A stretch of 64,000 bases of DNA from Camelus dromedarius. Lineage: Eukaryota. The stretch spans positions 15,190,001-15,254,000 of the forward strand of contig NC_087439.1 of NCBI RefSeq assembly GCF_036321535.1. Reading direction: 5' to 3'. Below the pieces are notes generated by a model that searched no databases, was not told the origin of the DNA, and worked only from the letters and a program-made list of their open reading frames with translations. Of this stretch, positions 13,336-24,600 are shown piece by piece; within the stretch, counting starts at the first letter, position 1, and the number at the start of each line of letters is the position of its first letter. The translations under genes and the position numbers were made by a program.

Positions 13336-14030
13336 TTTCTTTAAAATTCACATATGTTTGGTGATGGCTAAACAGAATAAACCTTGTATTCCCAAAACAA
13401 TTCTTGACTCAGGAAGACTTTCAATGGTTCCTAAAGACTATGTCGTAGTGCTCTAGGAACACAGTTCCTCTGATGTGGGAACCAGTCATCTGTTCTGTTT
13501 CCATAAATGGCAGTTGGATATTCAAACTTGCCCTTCTCTAATCCCATCCATTTGGTTCATATTAGATATCATTATAGCTCCATGGATGAGTTAATGGTGA
13601 AATTCTAGTACTTAGATTTTCATGCAAAGGAAAAAATGGCAACTAGTATTTTTTTTAGCCTTCTTTAAATATCAGTCATCTCAAATACATAACCATATCA
13701 AATCCTCATCTGAAAATTGAGCTACTTCTTAATGCAATCTTCTGAGATAGCCAAGCAAAATTTATCTGATTGTCATTTTTAGCCTTAGGCTACAAACTGT
13801 CCACCTTTGATAAATAATTATAGGCAAGACTTAGGATCACTTTGAAATGGATTATAAAGTGAGCCTACAGAGTTCCATTCTTAGGAGCTCCCAGGGGAAA
13901 ATCAACAACTATATATCTAGGATGGTTTAGATTCTCATCTAAATCTGTGCCATGAGTTCTTCTGTGAAGAAAGGGTTCCCTACCCAGTTATGTTAAGGGA
14001 AGGCTTCATTTCATCTCCATCCCTCCACCA

Positions 14031-14462
14031 TGACAGTGGATTGAAAAGTGACCACCCCCCCTCACCAGAATTCATATCACCCAGAATCTCAGAATGTGAC
14101 CTTATTTTGGAAATGGGGTCATAGCAGGTGTAAGTATGATGTCATACTTGGTTAAAATGGGCCTTAAATCCAGTGACAGTGTTCTTAGAAGAAGAGGACA
14201 CACAGGGACACATATAGGAAAGAAGGTTGTGTAATGACAAAAGCGAGGATGGAAGTAATAGAGCTATGAGCCTAGGGACACCAAAGACTACAAGGAAGCA
14301 CCAGAAGCTAGGAGAGAGCTGGGGAACAGAGGATCCCTTGGAGCCTCCAGGAGGAACCAGCCCTGACAGCCTCCTGATTTCAGACTTCTGCCCTCTTGAA
14401 TCGTGAGAGAATAAATGTACATTGTTTTAAGCTACTCAGTCTGTGGTAATCTGTTATTATAA
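14031..14462 (+). mobile_element. MaLR LTR (MLT1C-like)
   Basis: 'cagaatgtgaccttattttggaaatgggg...caccagaagctaggagagag...gagcctccaggaggaaccagccctg...gtgagagaataaat...ttttaagctactcagtctgtggtaat'. Confidence 0.88.
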
Positions 14463-14659
14463 CGACGCACCTCAGAGATCTGCAGTCTCTATTAGTAGGT
14501 TAAAAGCCTTGAGAAGTTCTTAAATACCCCAAATTAATTTAGTCATGGAAGCATTCCCCCTGCCATATAACACCTATTAGTCTTTCATGGGACATCTTAT
14601 GAAAACGCTATTTTACACAATTTTCAATTTCAATGTGTCTACAGTTCCTTTGAAGATTT

Positions 14660-14775
14660 TATGAAAATGAAGATTCTGATTTAGCAAGTCGGAGATGGGG
14701 CCTGGGATTCTGCATTTCTAACAAGCTCTCAGGTGATGCTGATGCTACTGGTCCTTGAACCACACCTGGAGTACA
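14660..14775 (+). mobile_element. MER5A-like hAT MITE fragment
   Basis: 'gattctgatttagcaagtcggagatggggcctgggattctgcatttctaacaagctctcaggtgatgctgatgctactggtcc'. Confidence 0.85.
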
Positions 14776-14857
14776 GGTTTATACACCAGGAGGCAGGGTC
14801 TGGAGTGGGTAATCTTCCAGGGTCTTTTCTTGTTCAGAGGACAGTGACCTAGCCATC

Positions 14858-15257
14858 TGTGATGGCTTGACCCTCATTCCCAGTTCTTGATGTTCTTAGA
14901 ATGGAGAACACACAGTACCTCTCACAACACGTGGAGAAACTTCCCTGCCTTGTTGATATCAGCTGAGCCATGTGACTTACTGTAAGCCATGGAATTTTCA
15001 TGGATGAAGAATACAGCCTAGGAATGCTAAGTGATGAAAAGCCTCTACCCCTTCAGAGAGTGCCCCAGAATGAAGGAGTGAAGCAAAAACATGAACCCAG
15101 CCAGAGGCCTGGAGTCCAGCCTGGCCCATCCAAGCCCAGCTTAAATCAGCCAAACCACAGGCTACCTGTGAACTTAGGAGAGAGGGAGAAATGCTTCCTG
15201 TTATAAGCTACTGGGATTTTGAGATTGTCGGTTACTCAGCAAAAACTGACAAATACA
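14858..15257 (+). mobile_element. MaLR LTR (MLT1H/I-like)
   Basis: TG...CA ends, 'gctgagccatgtgacttactgtaagccatggaat', and 3' end 'ggttactcagcaaaaactgacaaataca'. Confidence 0.7.
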
Positions 15258-16594
15258 TCACCTTGGTTTTCTATCCATCCATCCATAACTAAGGATGCAA
15301 ATATTTATCTACAAACTAGGAGGAATTTATTGACTATCAACCACCTATCTAGTACAAGGAGGTAAAAGATATGATCCCTACTCTAAGAATTGACAGTCTA
15401 GCTTAAGGAAAAAGTGACTTACAAATGAAAGAATAAATTACAATGTAAAACCATATAAATTTAAGAATAATAGCAGTCTAAGGAGGCTGGAGTTGCCAGA
15501 GAAAGCTACGGATGGGCTTTGGGTAGGTAAGGACAAGTGGAGAATTCATTTTGAGGGGATGAGGGTGTCCTCTGAAAAAAAGGTTCTAATAGCATAAAAT
15601 GCCACAAGGTAACAAAGTATTGATTGTAAAATTCAAACCACCTTTTCTGACCATTAGGGGAAAGCTCACGTACATTATTATACTGTGGCAGGCCATTTGT
15701 GACCATTTGGAGGAGAAAGAACATTCTACTTGTCCATTATTCACTCCTGGCACAGTAACAATCAGAGACACAATGAGGAACCGCCAGTGGCCAGCTTTCA
15801 GAAGCTGTGACAAAGCGAAGGCAGTGAGGCCAGTGGGCTGCAGGCGTGAGTCAGTGTGCGTTATGTGCCCAGTGGAGCTGACAGAAGCTGAGAAATATCG
15901 GAGCAGGAGGAAAAGTGCTTTGCACCAAATTACTTTTTATTTCTCGCTTAATAAAAGCTTCCCGGGTTGTCTCCGGTTATCGTGGCTGGATTCATCATCC
16001 TTGATCATAAATGTATGCACAGAGCAATTCCGATGATGTGCTGGGATTAGGGGAATTCAGAGGGAAGAGAAAGCCTACACAGAGTGACTAATCCAGCTCA
16101 GGGGAGTCTGCTCACCTACAGGATTATAACAACCATCCACCGTAAGCCAGGGAATGGGATCAATATCCAGTATCCCCCACAACAACAAGGATTAGAATGG
16201 TTTTCAAGATTGACCTTATAAATTACAAACGTTTCATTCCCATATACTCATTCTATAGGTTGGGAAACTGAGACCCAAAGAAAAGTGACTTGGGATCTTA
16301 ATCAATGTGGACCCAGAAAGAGAAGTGTTTTCCCACTTGCAGCAGGAGAACTCAGATTCCCCACAGGTCCAGCCCCGTCAGGGGGCTGTGGTGCCTGCCT
16401 CAGGCACATCTCTGCCAAGGGGTCCTGGAGGCAGCTCCTCTCAGGGAAGAAGCCGGGCCACAGTCAAAGGGAAGCAGCAAGTTCGGGGGCAGGAGGGTCT
16501 ATGCTCCTCTGACTGCCCTCTGGTCCCACATCAACAGCCTCTGTTCCCCACAACTGGACCAGAACTGTCAGAATCTGGAGAGAGGAGGTAGTAA

Positions 16595-16800
16595 CCAAAA
16601 ATATTACAGCTAACATTTATTGAGCACTTTACATAAATTTTCTCATGCAACCTCACCGAAGCCCATTTGCTAGAAGAGGAAACTGAAACATCCTTCAAGA
16701 TGTGAAGTAACTTGCTCAGGGTCTTGATGAGCCTAGGTGGTGGAGGGAGGATTTGACAGTGAAGTTTTGACTCCAGGAGTCCCGCTCATAACCTCTGTGA
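16595..16800 (-). mobile_element. MIR SINE
   Basis: 'acagctaacatttattgagcactt...gaggaaactga...gtaacttgctcagggtc...tttgactccagg'. Confidence 0.75.
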
Positions 16801-16899
16801 CATGTCACTCTACTGCTGAAGCAATCGCTGGGTGACACTAAAACTTAGCATCCTCCTCCCTCCAGCCCACCCAAGAAAAGTCTATAATTGCCAGCTCAA

Positions 16900-17081
16900 G
16901 GGAGGAGGGTATAGCTCAAGTGATGGAGCACATGCTCAGTATGCAGAAAGTCCTGGGTTCAATCTCCAGTACCTCCTCTAAAAAAAATAAATAAGTAAAC
17001 CTAATTACCCCCCGAAAAAAAAACTTTAAAAAATTTAAAAAAAAAAGAAACAGAAGAACTTAAAAATAAAAAAGGAAAAAA
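16900..17081 (+). mobile_element. vic-1-type camelid tRNA-derived SINE
   Basis: tRNA-Ala-like head 'ggagggtatagctcaagtgatggagcacatgctcagtatgcagaaagtcctgggttcaatctccagtacc', A-rich tail, and perfect 17-bp target-site duplication tataattgccagctcaa (16883-16899 / 17082-17098). Confidence 0.93.
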
Positions 17082-18667
17082 TATAATTGCCAGCTCAATT
17101 CCCTTATCCCCACCATTGGTTCTCAGAAGGAAAGATTAACTCCTCTAGCATTTGAGAATACAGGGTCTGGCTGGATCTGGAGGGGGAATGAAAGGAAAGA
17201 TAATCTTACCATGAGCTACAAAATAAAGAATAGAAAAGAAAGGAGAGGGATGAGAGAAGGGAAGATGGATGGGTCTAGTCACGGAAGCTAGGGGTGAATG
17301 AGAGGCTCCAGGCCACGTTGTGTGTAAGAGAAATGAGGACTGGATCTGAGAAGTGCTGCTGGGGGTTAATGCTCTTCAGGAGACAGAAGTAAAGCATGGG
17401 GGTGGGACAGGGTGGGGAGGGGGGAGGTGCCAAGATGGCAGAGTAGACAGACTCACAGCTCACCCTCTCCCACAAATACACCAAGAATCACACGTACAAA
17501 CCCACTAAATCACGCAGAACACCTACTGAACTCTGGCATAGTGTCTCTTGCTTCGAAATCCAGGAGGATACTCACAAAATCTGGTAAGAAAAAAGGAAAG
17601 AAAATCAGTGCAGGACTGGTCCTGCAGGGAGGGAGCGGCATAGGAAGCAGGCACCCTCGCACTGGGACGCCCCCTCTCCATCTGGGAGGTCAGCGGGGAC
17701 AAAAGCGGAGCTTCCAAGGCTCAGAGGAGAAAGTGGCAGCCACCTGGCAGACAGAAGTAAGAGAAACTGGCACGGAGGGTCCCTGTAATCCCCAACCCTA
17801 GATGTGAGCTGGCAGGGGCAAGCTGGGACTGGCTGCTGGAGATCTTTGAGGAGCCTGGGGAGACGGCTGGGGCCACTGCACAGAGGCAGCCTTAGGGGAC
17901 TGGGAGGCGGTATGAGCTTTAGACGGGGGGGGGGGGGGGGGTGGAACAGAAAAGCCTGGGATCCCCAAAAAAGCACTACTGCTGGTGTGCGGGGGATTAG
18001 GGGGAGGCACAATGCAGCCTCACCATAGCTTCTGTCTCTACCTGGCTCCATTGTTGGTGTGTTCTCAAGAGAAGAGAGGTGGGGCCCCGTCAAAGCCATC
18101 ACAGCTACGCAGAGGCGGAGCTGAAAGCTGAATCCATACCCAGGGGCCCTGCAACTTCACAGGCAGGACTGAGATTTGTTTATAGCCCCAGTCAGAAAGG
18201 GTAGATTTGCTCCCCTGGTGCTATTGTTAACCTGCGCCTCTGGGACAAACAGGCAGTGAGCAGAGTTCTGGCAAACACAGGGTATTTACAAAAGGCTGGC
18301 ATACCTTACCATATGCGGAGGTGGGGCTGGGGTCTGCGCTGACCTTCTGGCATACCTCGGATTCAGATGTGTGACTGCATGCTCACTATGGTGAGTCCTA
18401 GTGCCTGACATTGGTGGACATGCACTGGTGGTTCCTGGGGCCCAAAACCTGGGGGACACCAGAGCAGGTGGCTAACATTCCCGCAGATAAGGGCAAGACA
18501 AAGGCAGCATCAACAAAGAGTACTTTGTAAGCCCGCATAACAAGTGACAGACAACACCACAGAGGGCACTTCCCAGTGGACATCTCCTGTGGAGGTACAC
18601 TCAGTGACTCTTCTGCCTACTACTCACCACAGCTCAGAACGAGTCTGGAGGGAACTCAAATTTGAAA

Positions 18668-18857
18668 NNNNNNNNNNNNNNNNNNNNNNNNNNNNNNNNN
18701 NNNNNNNNNNNNNNNNNNNNNNNNNNNNNNNNNNNNNNNNNNNNNNNNNNNNNNNNNNNNNNNNNNNNNNNNNNNNNNNNNNNNNNNNNNNNNNNNNNNN
18801 NNNNNNNNNNNNNNNNNNNNNNNNNNNNNNNNNNNNNNNNNNNNNNNNNNNNNNNNN
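18668..18857. other. Assembly gap (190 N) immediately 5' of a young L1 end
   Basis: Run of N; may hide more L1 sequence. Confidence 1.
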
Positions 18858-19277
18858 ATTCTAAGTGAAGTAAGCCAGAAAGAGAAATAAAAATACCATA
18901 TGATATCACTTATATGTGGAATCTAAAAAAAAAAAAGACAAACTTATTTACAAAACAGAAACAGACTCACAGACATAGAAAACAAACTTATGGTTACTGG
19001 GGGGAAGAGGGTGGGAAGGGATAAACTGGGAGTTCATTATTTGCAGATATTAACTACTATATATAAAATAAACAACAAGGTCATACTGTATATAGCACAG
19101 GGAACTATATTAAATATCTTATAGTAACATGGTGAAAAAGAATATGGAAACAAATATATGCATGTATATATATATGACTGAAGCATTATGCTGTACAGCA
19201 GAAATTGACACAACATTGTAAACTGACTATACTCCAATAAAAATATATATATACAAATTAACAACAAAAAAAAAAGA
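18858..19277 (+). mobile_element. Young camelid-type L1 3' end
   Basis: 'attctaagtgaagtaagccagaaagag...tatgctgtacagcagaaattgacacaacattgtaaactgactatactccaataaaa' plus A tail. Confidence 0.92.
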
Positions 19278-21252
19278 AGTAAATCATGGAGTCCCTTGTA
19301 TATTATGGTATGGCTATTAAATTGTACATCAGTAAATGTGACACCATTCCAAAACTAAATAACAATTTGAGTGCACCACAAAGTTGAGACCAAAGGATAC
19401 AGTTTCAACAGGTCTATATCTGTTAAGAAACAGGGAGCAGAACGCATCCTCATATCCAAACTTGTCTCACATACTGGGGTGGGAGACAACTTTCCAGGAA
19501 CATGGCAGGCTCATGGCAAAGAACATCAACCTGCAAGGGACAGAAGGGACCTTCTGCAAATCAGGAACGCATAAGTCCAACCTCTAACGCAAGGAAGGAG
19601 AAAATAGCAGAAGATAAAAAGCCACAAAGCACTGCTCCAAACACATAGACAATGTCTCCAGAGACTTCCTGAACTAGCACGGAGATTTGAGGAAGTATAT
19701 ATTTGCAACAATTTTTGTGACTACAGATGCAGAGAAAGGTGTTGCTTCTGTTCTCATGATCCTAATTTACCTCCTGGTTGGAGAAAATATAGATTATACG
19801 CTCTATCCCCATTGAAAAGTTTAGAAAAATAGAAACCAGAAATCGGTAATATATTTAGATGACATATACTAACTTCAAGGTCATGGAGCAAGACAGATGT
19901 GTCCACTAGGCAAGCAGAGATTTTAGGCTGGATTCTGAAATGGGGAGGGATCCTGAGATGTGGACTTAGGAGAGGACAGCAGGAGCCACGCGGGCCAGGA
20001 GGGAGCACATGGAGAAAAGTGCGCAGAGGTCTGAAGCCTCATAACACCCAGCTTCTCAGTTGCTTAGCAACTCCTCTCATAGAGATTAAGCAGTGAGTCT
20101 TTCAGAACTCTGCAGTGAGCTCTTTGTTGTAGGTAACAAAATTGTATCTGAGTCACCAAAGAGTTACTTGGGCTTTCAGAGGTGACAAACTCATTACCAG
20201 AGGCAGTCAGTTACCATGGTTTATGAGTTCGACTGTGAGCTGCCCTGAGGGATTCCAGAGAAAAAAGAGACAGCCCCAGTCAAACCCTGATGAGTTCACT
20301 ACCTAGGCAACACATACTCATACGTGTAGTTATTGAGAAGAAATACACCCACCTCCAAGTGTATTTTTAATTAATTTATGTGTTCTGAAAATGCATTTGA
20401 TTAGTTTATTCATTTGTTTACAAGCACACATGTTCTCATGTCCATTTTAACATCAAGAAATTCAACTTCTTTGCCCTGCAAAGAAACACCTAAGGCAAAG
20501 GAAGACTAGTCACCCAGCATCCTGGAATTGGGGGTGTAACAAAATATTGAGTGACCCAATCAGGCTATTATCCCCCAGAACACTTCTATACAAAGATGTT
20601 CAGTACAGAAATAGTAATTAATTTCGGTACAGAGTATGCAGCATTTGGAAGGAAACAAGCTGACATGTCAACCCCGGCATCCCAAGACAGGAGGTGAAGT
20701 TAACCTGAAGAAGTAGACCCTCTCCAACCAAGCTTGAGGGATAAGGAAGGCAATCGAGCCCCACGAATAAAAATTATTTGTACATCGTGAAAAGTCTAGA
20801 CTGGGTTCAAAGAGACAGGGTTTGTGCAGTGAGTTGTCAGAACATAGCATGTAGCTTGTACTGTAAGAGTCCCTAGTCCCATGTCTTTGCCCTGGGAATG
20901 ATGACAGTGCACATAGTATAAAATGAAGGAGTACCACTGATCACAGCTGGCACCTCTGGAGCAAGGCCATCCTTTCTCCATGGCTGTTCTGAGGAGCGGA
21001 CACAGGATAATGACCCTGCTGAGGCCCCATCTATATACATGTGAGTGATAGGAAATGGGGGCTGCCAGAACACTAGTGTTCCCCCACTTGGAGGTGGGAA
21101 ACAGATAGACATGCCACTTGGAACAGTGCTAGCCCAACTCATCCCAGAGTTCCAGAAGAAAATTAAGGGAGGGATGGCATCCCAAACTGGAAACCTCCTC
21201 ATGCACTATTCTGACCTGGCCAAGCTAGCTCTAATTTAATTTAAAGAAATAA

Positions 21253-22694
21253 GGAGTGACATCACCAATATGGTGGAGTGGGACACCCCAGCTTCCATCC
21301 CCACAAAGCAAAACAATTAGACAGCTGTCTATGAATGAAAACAGTTCTGGGAGCCCTCAGGAGTCTGCCTAAGATGCCTCAGTGACACAGTGGAACAAAA
21401 ACCTGAAATAAAAGCACAAAAGGGTAGAAAAAACAGTTTCATTATACCTGCATCATCCCATCCCCTAGGCCAGCACTGCTCAGCACCGAGAGGGAACACC
21501 ATGGCCCAAGAGAACTTCCCTCACTCAGAAAACAAGAGTGGGGTGAGCAACCAGCTCCCCCAGCCTCTTGGGCCACTGCACAAGGGACCTGTTTGGTTTC
21601 ACCCCATGTAGAGGCCAGCAAAGCTGAGACATCTGGAGACAGCTAGGAATAAGGAAGAAGGGTGGGTTCTACCAGTATCACCAGTATCACCTGTGTCAGG
21701 GGAGCTACCAAGTTTCCAGTGGCCAGCAATGTCAAGGACCCCAGCAGCTTTCACCACCTAGGAAACCAACAGCCAGCACAGCTGTCAAGGACTCCCTACA
21801 GCTTCTTCTGCTGAGGCCATGCAGGTTTTTGCACTTGCAGACTCCAGCTGCCTGGGTCCCTCCCCACATTCACCCACCACCACCATCATCACCACCACCT
21901 GAACCACACTAGCCAGAGCCTATGAAGTGCCCTAGTCCCAGAATCCATCAGGGCCAATCTGCCTGTAGCCAGCCCTGGCCTCTGTGGCTGTGTGCATGCC
22001 CAATGCCAGGTCTCCAGTGCCAACCTCTACCCCATGCATATGGAATAAGACACAATAAATGAAAAGATATTCCATGTTCATGAATCAGAAGAGTTAATAT
22101 TGTTAAAATGTCCAGTCTACCCAAAGTGATCTATAGAGTCAGTGAAATCCCTACCAAAATTCCAGTGGCATTTTTCATAGGTATATTTTTTTAAATCTCA
22201 ACATTTGTATGGAACCACCAAAAAACTCAAATAGTTAAAGCAATCTTGAGCAAGAAGAACAAAGCTGAAAGCATCACAGAGCCAGGTTTCAGGCTATGTT
22301 ACAAAGCTATAGTAATCAAAACAGTATAGTATTGGCATAAAAAACAGACAGATCAATGGAACAGAATAGAGAGCCCAGTGGAATACTATTCAGTGCTTTA
22401 AAAGAAGGAAATCTTACCATTTGTGACAACATAGATATTCCTGAAGAACATTATGTTAAGTAAAATAAGCCAAACACAGTCAAATATCACATGATCTCAC
22501 CTATATATGAAATCTAAAAGAGTCCAACTAATGGTAACAGAGAGTAGAATGGCGGTTACCAGAGGCTGAATCGGGGCAGTCAGGGGTGGGGGGCACATGG
22601 TGGTGGGAGAGAAAAGGAGCTACTGATCAAAAGGTACAAGGTTACAAGATGAATAAGTTCTGGACACATAATGTACTACATGGTGAATATGTTA
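21253..22694 (+). mobile_element. Old L1 (L1MA/MB-like) with two large internal deletions: 5'UTR, short ORF2 piece, 3' end
   Basis: 5' start 'ggagtgacatcaccaatatggtggagtg'. ORF2 segment about 22042-22377 ('aagatattccatgttcatg...tcaatggaacagaatagagagccca'). 3' segment from about 22378 ('tggaatactattcag...gatgaataagttctgg') runs into a gap. Confidence 0.8.
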
Positions 22695-22826
22695 NNNNNN
22701 NNNNNNNNNNNNNNNNNNNNNNNNNNNNNNNNNNNNNNNNNNNNNNNNNNNNNNNNNNNNNNNNNNNNNNNNNNNNNNNNNNNNNNNNNNNNNNNNNNNN
22801 NNNNNNNNNNNNNNNNNNNNNNNNNG
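22695..22826. other. Assembly gap (132 N)
   Basis: Run of N. Confidence 1.
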
Positions 22827-23139
22827 GATATATGCCACCTTTTACTTGGATGTTAGAGATTGCATATGATGACAACACCCTTAGTAAGGAGAGTTTATTG
22901 TATAATTGGCAGCTGGACTAACATGTGTAGGCCAGTATCATCTGACAACTTGTAGATTCATTGGTTAACCCATACATGATGTTAGTCCAGCTTCCAATTG
23001 TACATCCAGCAGATGTTCATTAAATATAGGGGAATGCGTGAGCACAATGAGATAACACAGCCAAAAATGAAGAATATGCTAAATCTGGGCCAATGCTAGG
23101 TAAGAGAAAACCTTGGTCTGCAAGATATCCTGTTATGAT

Positions 23140-23553
23140 AGGCTATTACTCAGCCATAAAAAAGAATGAAATAATGCCATCTGCAGCAACATGGATGGAC
23201 CAAGAGATTACCATACTAAGTGAAGTCAGACAAAGAAAGACAAATATCATGGTATCACTTACATGTGGAATCTAAAAAAATGATATAAAGGAATTTATTT
23301 GCAAAACGGAAATAGATTCACAGATATAGAACACAAATTTATGGTTACCAAAGGGGGAAGGGGGGAGGAATAAATAAGGAGTTTGAGATTAAGAGACACA
23401 CACCACTGTATGTAAAATAGATAAAGGACCTACTGTAGAGCACAGAAAACTATATTCAATTTCTTATAAAAACTTATAATGGAAAAGAATCTGAATCACT
23501 TTGCTGTACACCTGAAACTAACACAATCATGCTTCAATAAAAATAATAAAAAG
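23140..23553 (+). mobile_element. L1 3' end with ORF2 C-terminal remnant
   Basis: ORF track 23093-23275 reads YYSAIKKNEIMPSAATWMDQEITILSEV..LTCGI*, the L1 ORF2p C-terminus, followed by the cetartiodactyl-type 3'UTR. Confidence 0.93.
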
Positions 23554-24070
23554 AATTCCTGTAATGAAGAAAATGGAGAATAGAATTAACAATGCTTGTA
23601 CATTAATGTCCTGGGGGATTTTCAGTTATTTTTGTTATTGTTTATTTCATAAATAAATCTTTTTCACCATATCCACTTTGTCTAGAAATGTTTACTGAGA
23701 ATAATAATGTATTATAGTAAAAGGACAAGAATTGATTTTTGTCTAACTCACTGAAATGTGTCACATTCTTTTCCCTTAATTCTTACAAGAAAATTAATTT
23801 TGTTTTAATTGTTTTTTAATTATCTGCTTCCTTTCAAGAAACTGAGCATGATGTAAATTAGCAGACAGGTGCACTATGGAAACTATCAACATATAGACCA
23901 TCCCCAACTTATAAATGGAGTGAGTTCTCAAAGTTTCTTAATAAGTTAGATGTTGAGAAATCAGAGTGTATTTTTTTCCCATGAAGATTTGTTACACAGA
24001 GTGGTTAGTTTTCTAGATCCAATAAAAATCTTTCTACCCTGTTAACAATCATGAAATTGTTTTCCTAGAC

Positions 24071-24600
24071 CAGTTACTCTCAAAGTGTGGTCCACAGATC
24101 CTAGGAAACCACTGAGACACATTCAAGGAGCCCTTGGATCAGAAATATTTTCACAATCACACTGAGAAGTTATTTACCTTTTCACTGTGTCAACATTTAT
24201 GTTGATGGTCCCAGAGCAACAGTGGATAAAACCACGGATGCCTTAGCTGAAACCAAGGAGAGGGCGCTGAACTAGCAGTTTTCATCTCCTTCACCACCAC
24301 TCACACAGAGTAAAACAAAAATGCCAATTTCACTTAAGAATGTCCATGAGGCAGTAACATTGTTCATTTTATTAAGTCACAACTCTGAGGGACATCTTTT
24401 TAATATTCTATATAACAAAATGGGAACTATACATAAAACACTTCTGCTGCTTACCAAGTACAACAGTTATTTCCAGAGCAAGGGGAAAACTGTGTGATTG
24501 TTCAAGATGCAAGTCAACTAGCCACTTTGTTCACAGAATCCCACTGTTTCTGAAAAGACCAACTGGGAAACTGGTTATTCAGACTGGGTATAGATATTTT
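24071..24600 (+). mobile_element. hAT-Charlie1-like DNA transposon, 5' part
   Basis: TIR-like 'cagttactctcaaagtgtggtcc', then 'ttcactgtgtcaacattt...gccaatttcacttaagaatgtcc...acacttctgctgc...ggttattcagactgggtat'. Confidence 0.85.

Noticed and set aside
16900-16980. Functional tRNA-Ala genes here and at 57930-58005
   Set aside because: A-rich tails, target-site duplications and broken stems identify them as SINEs.
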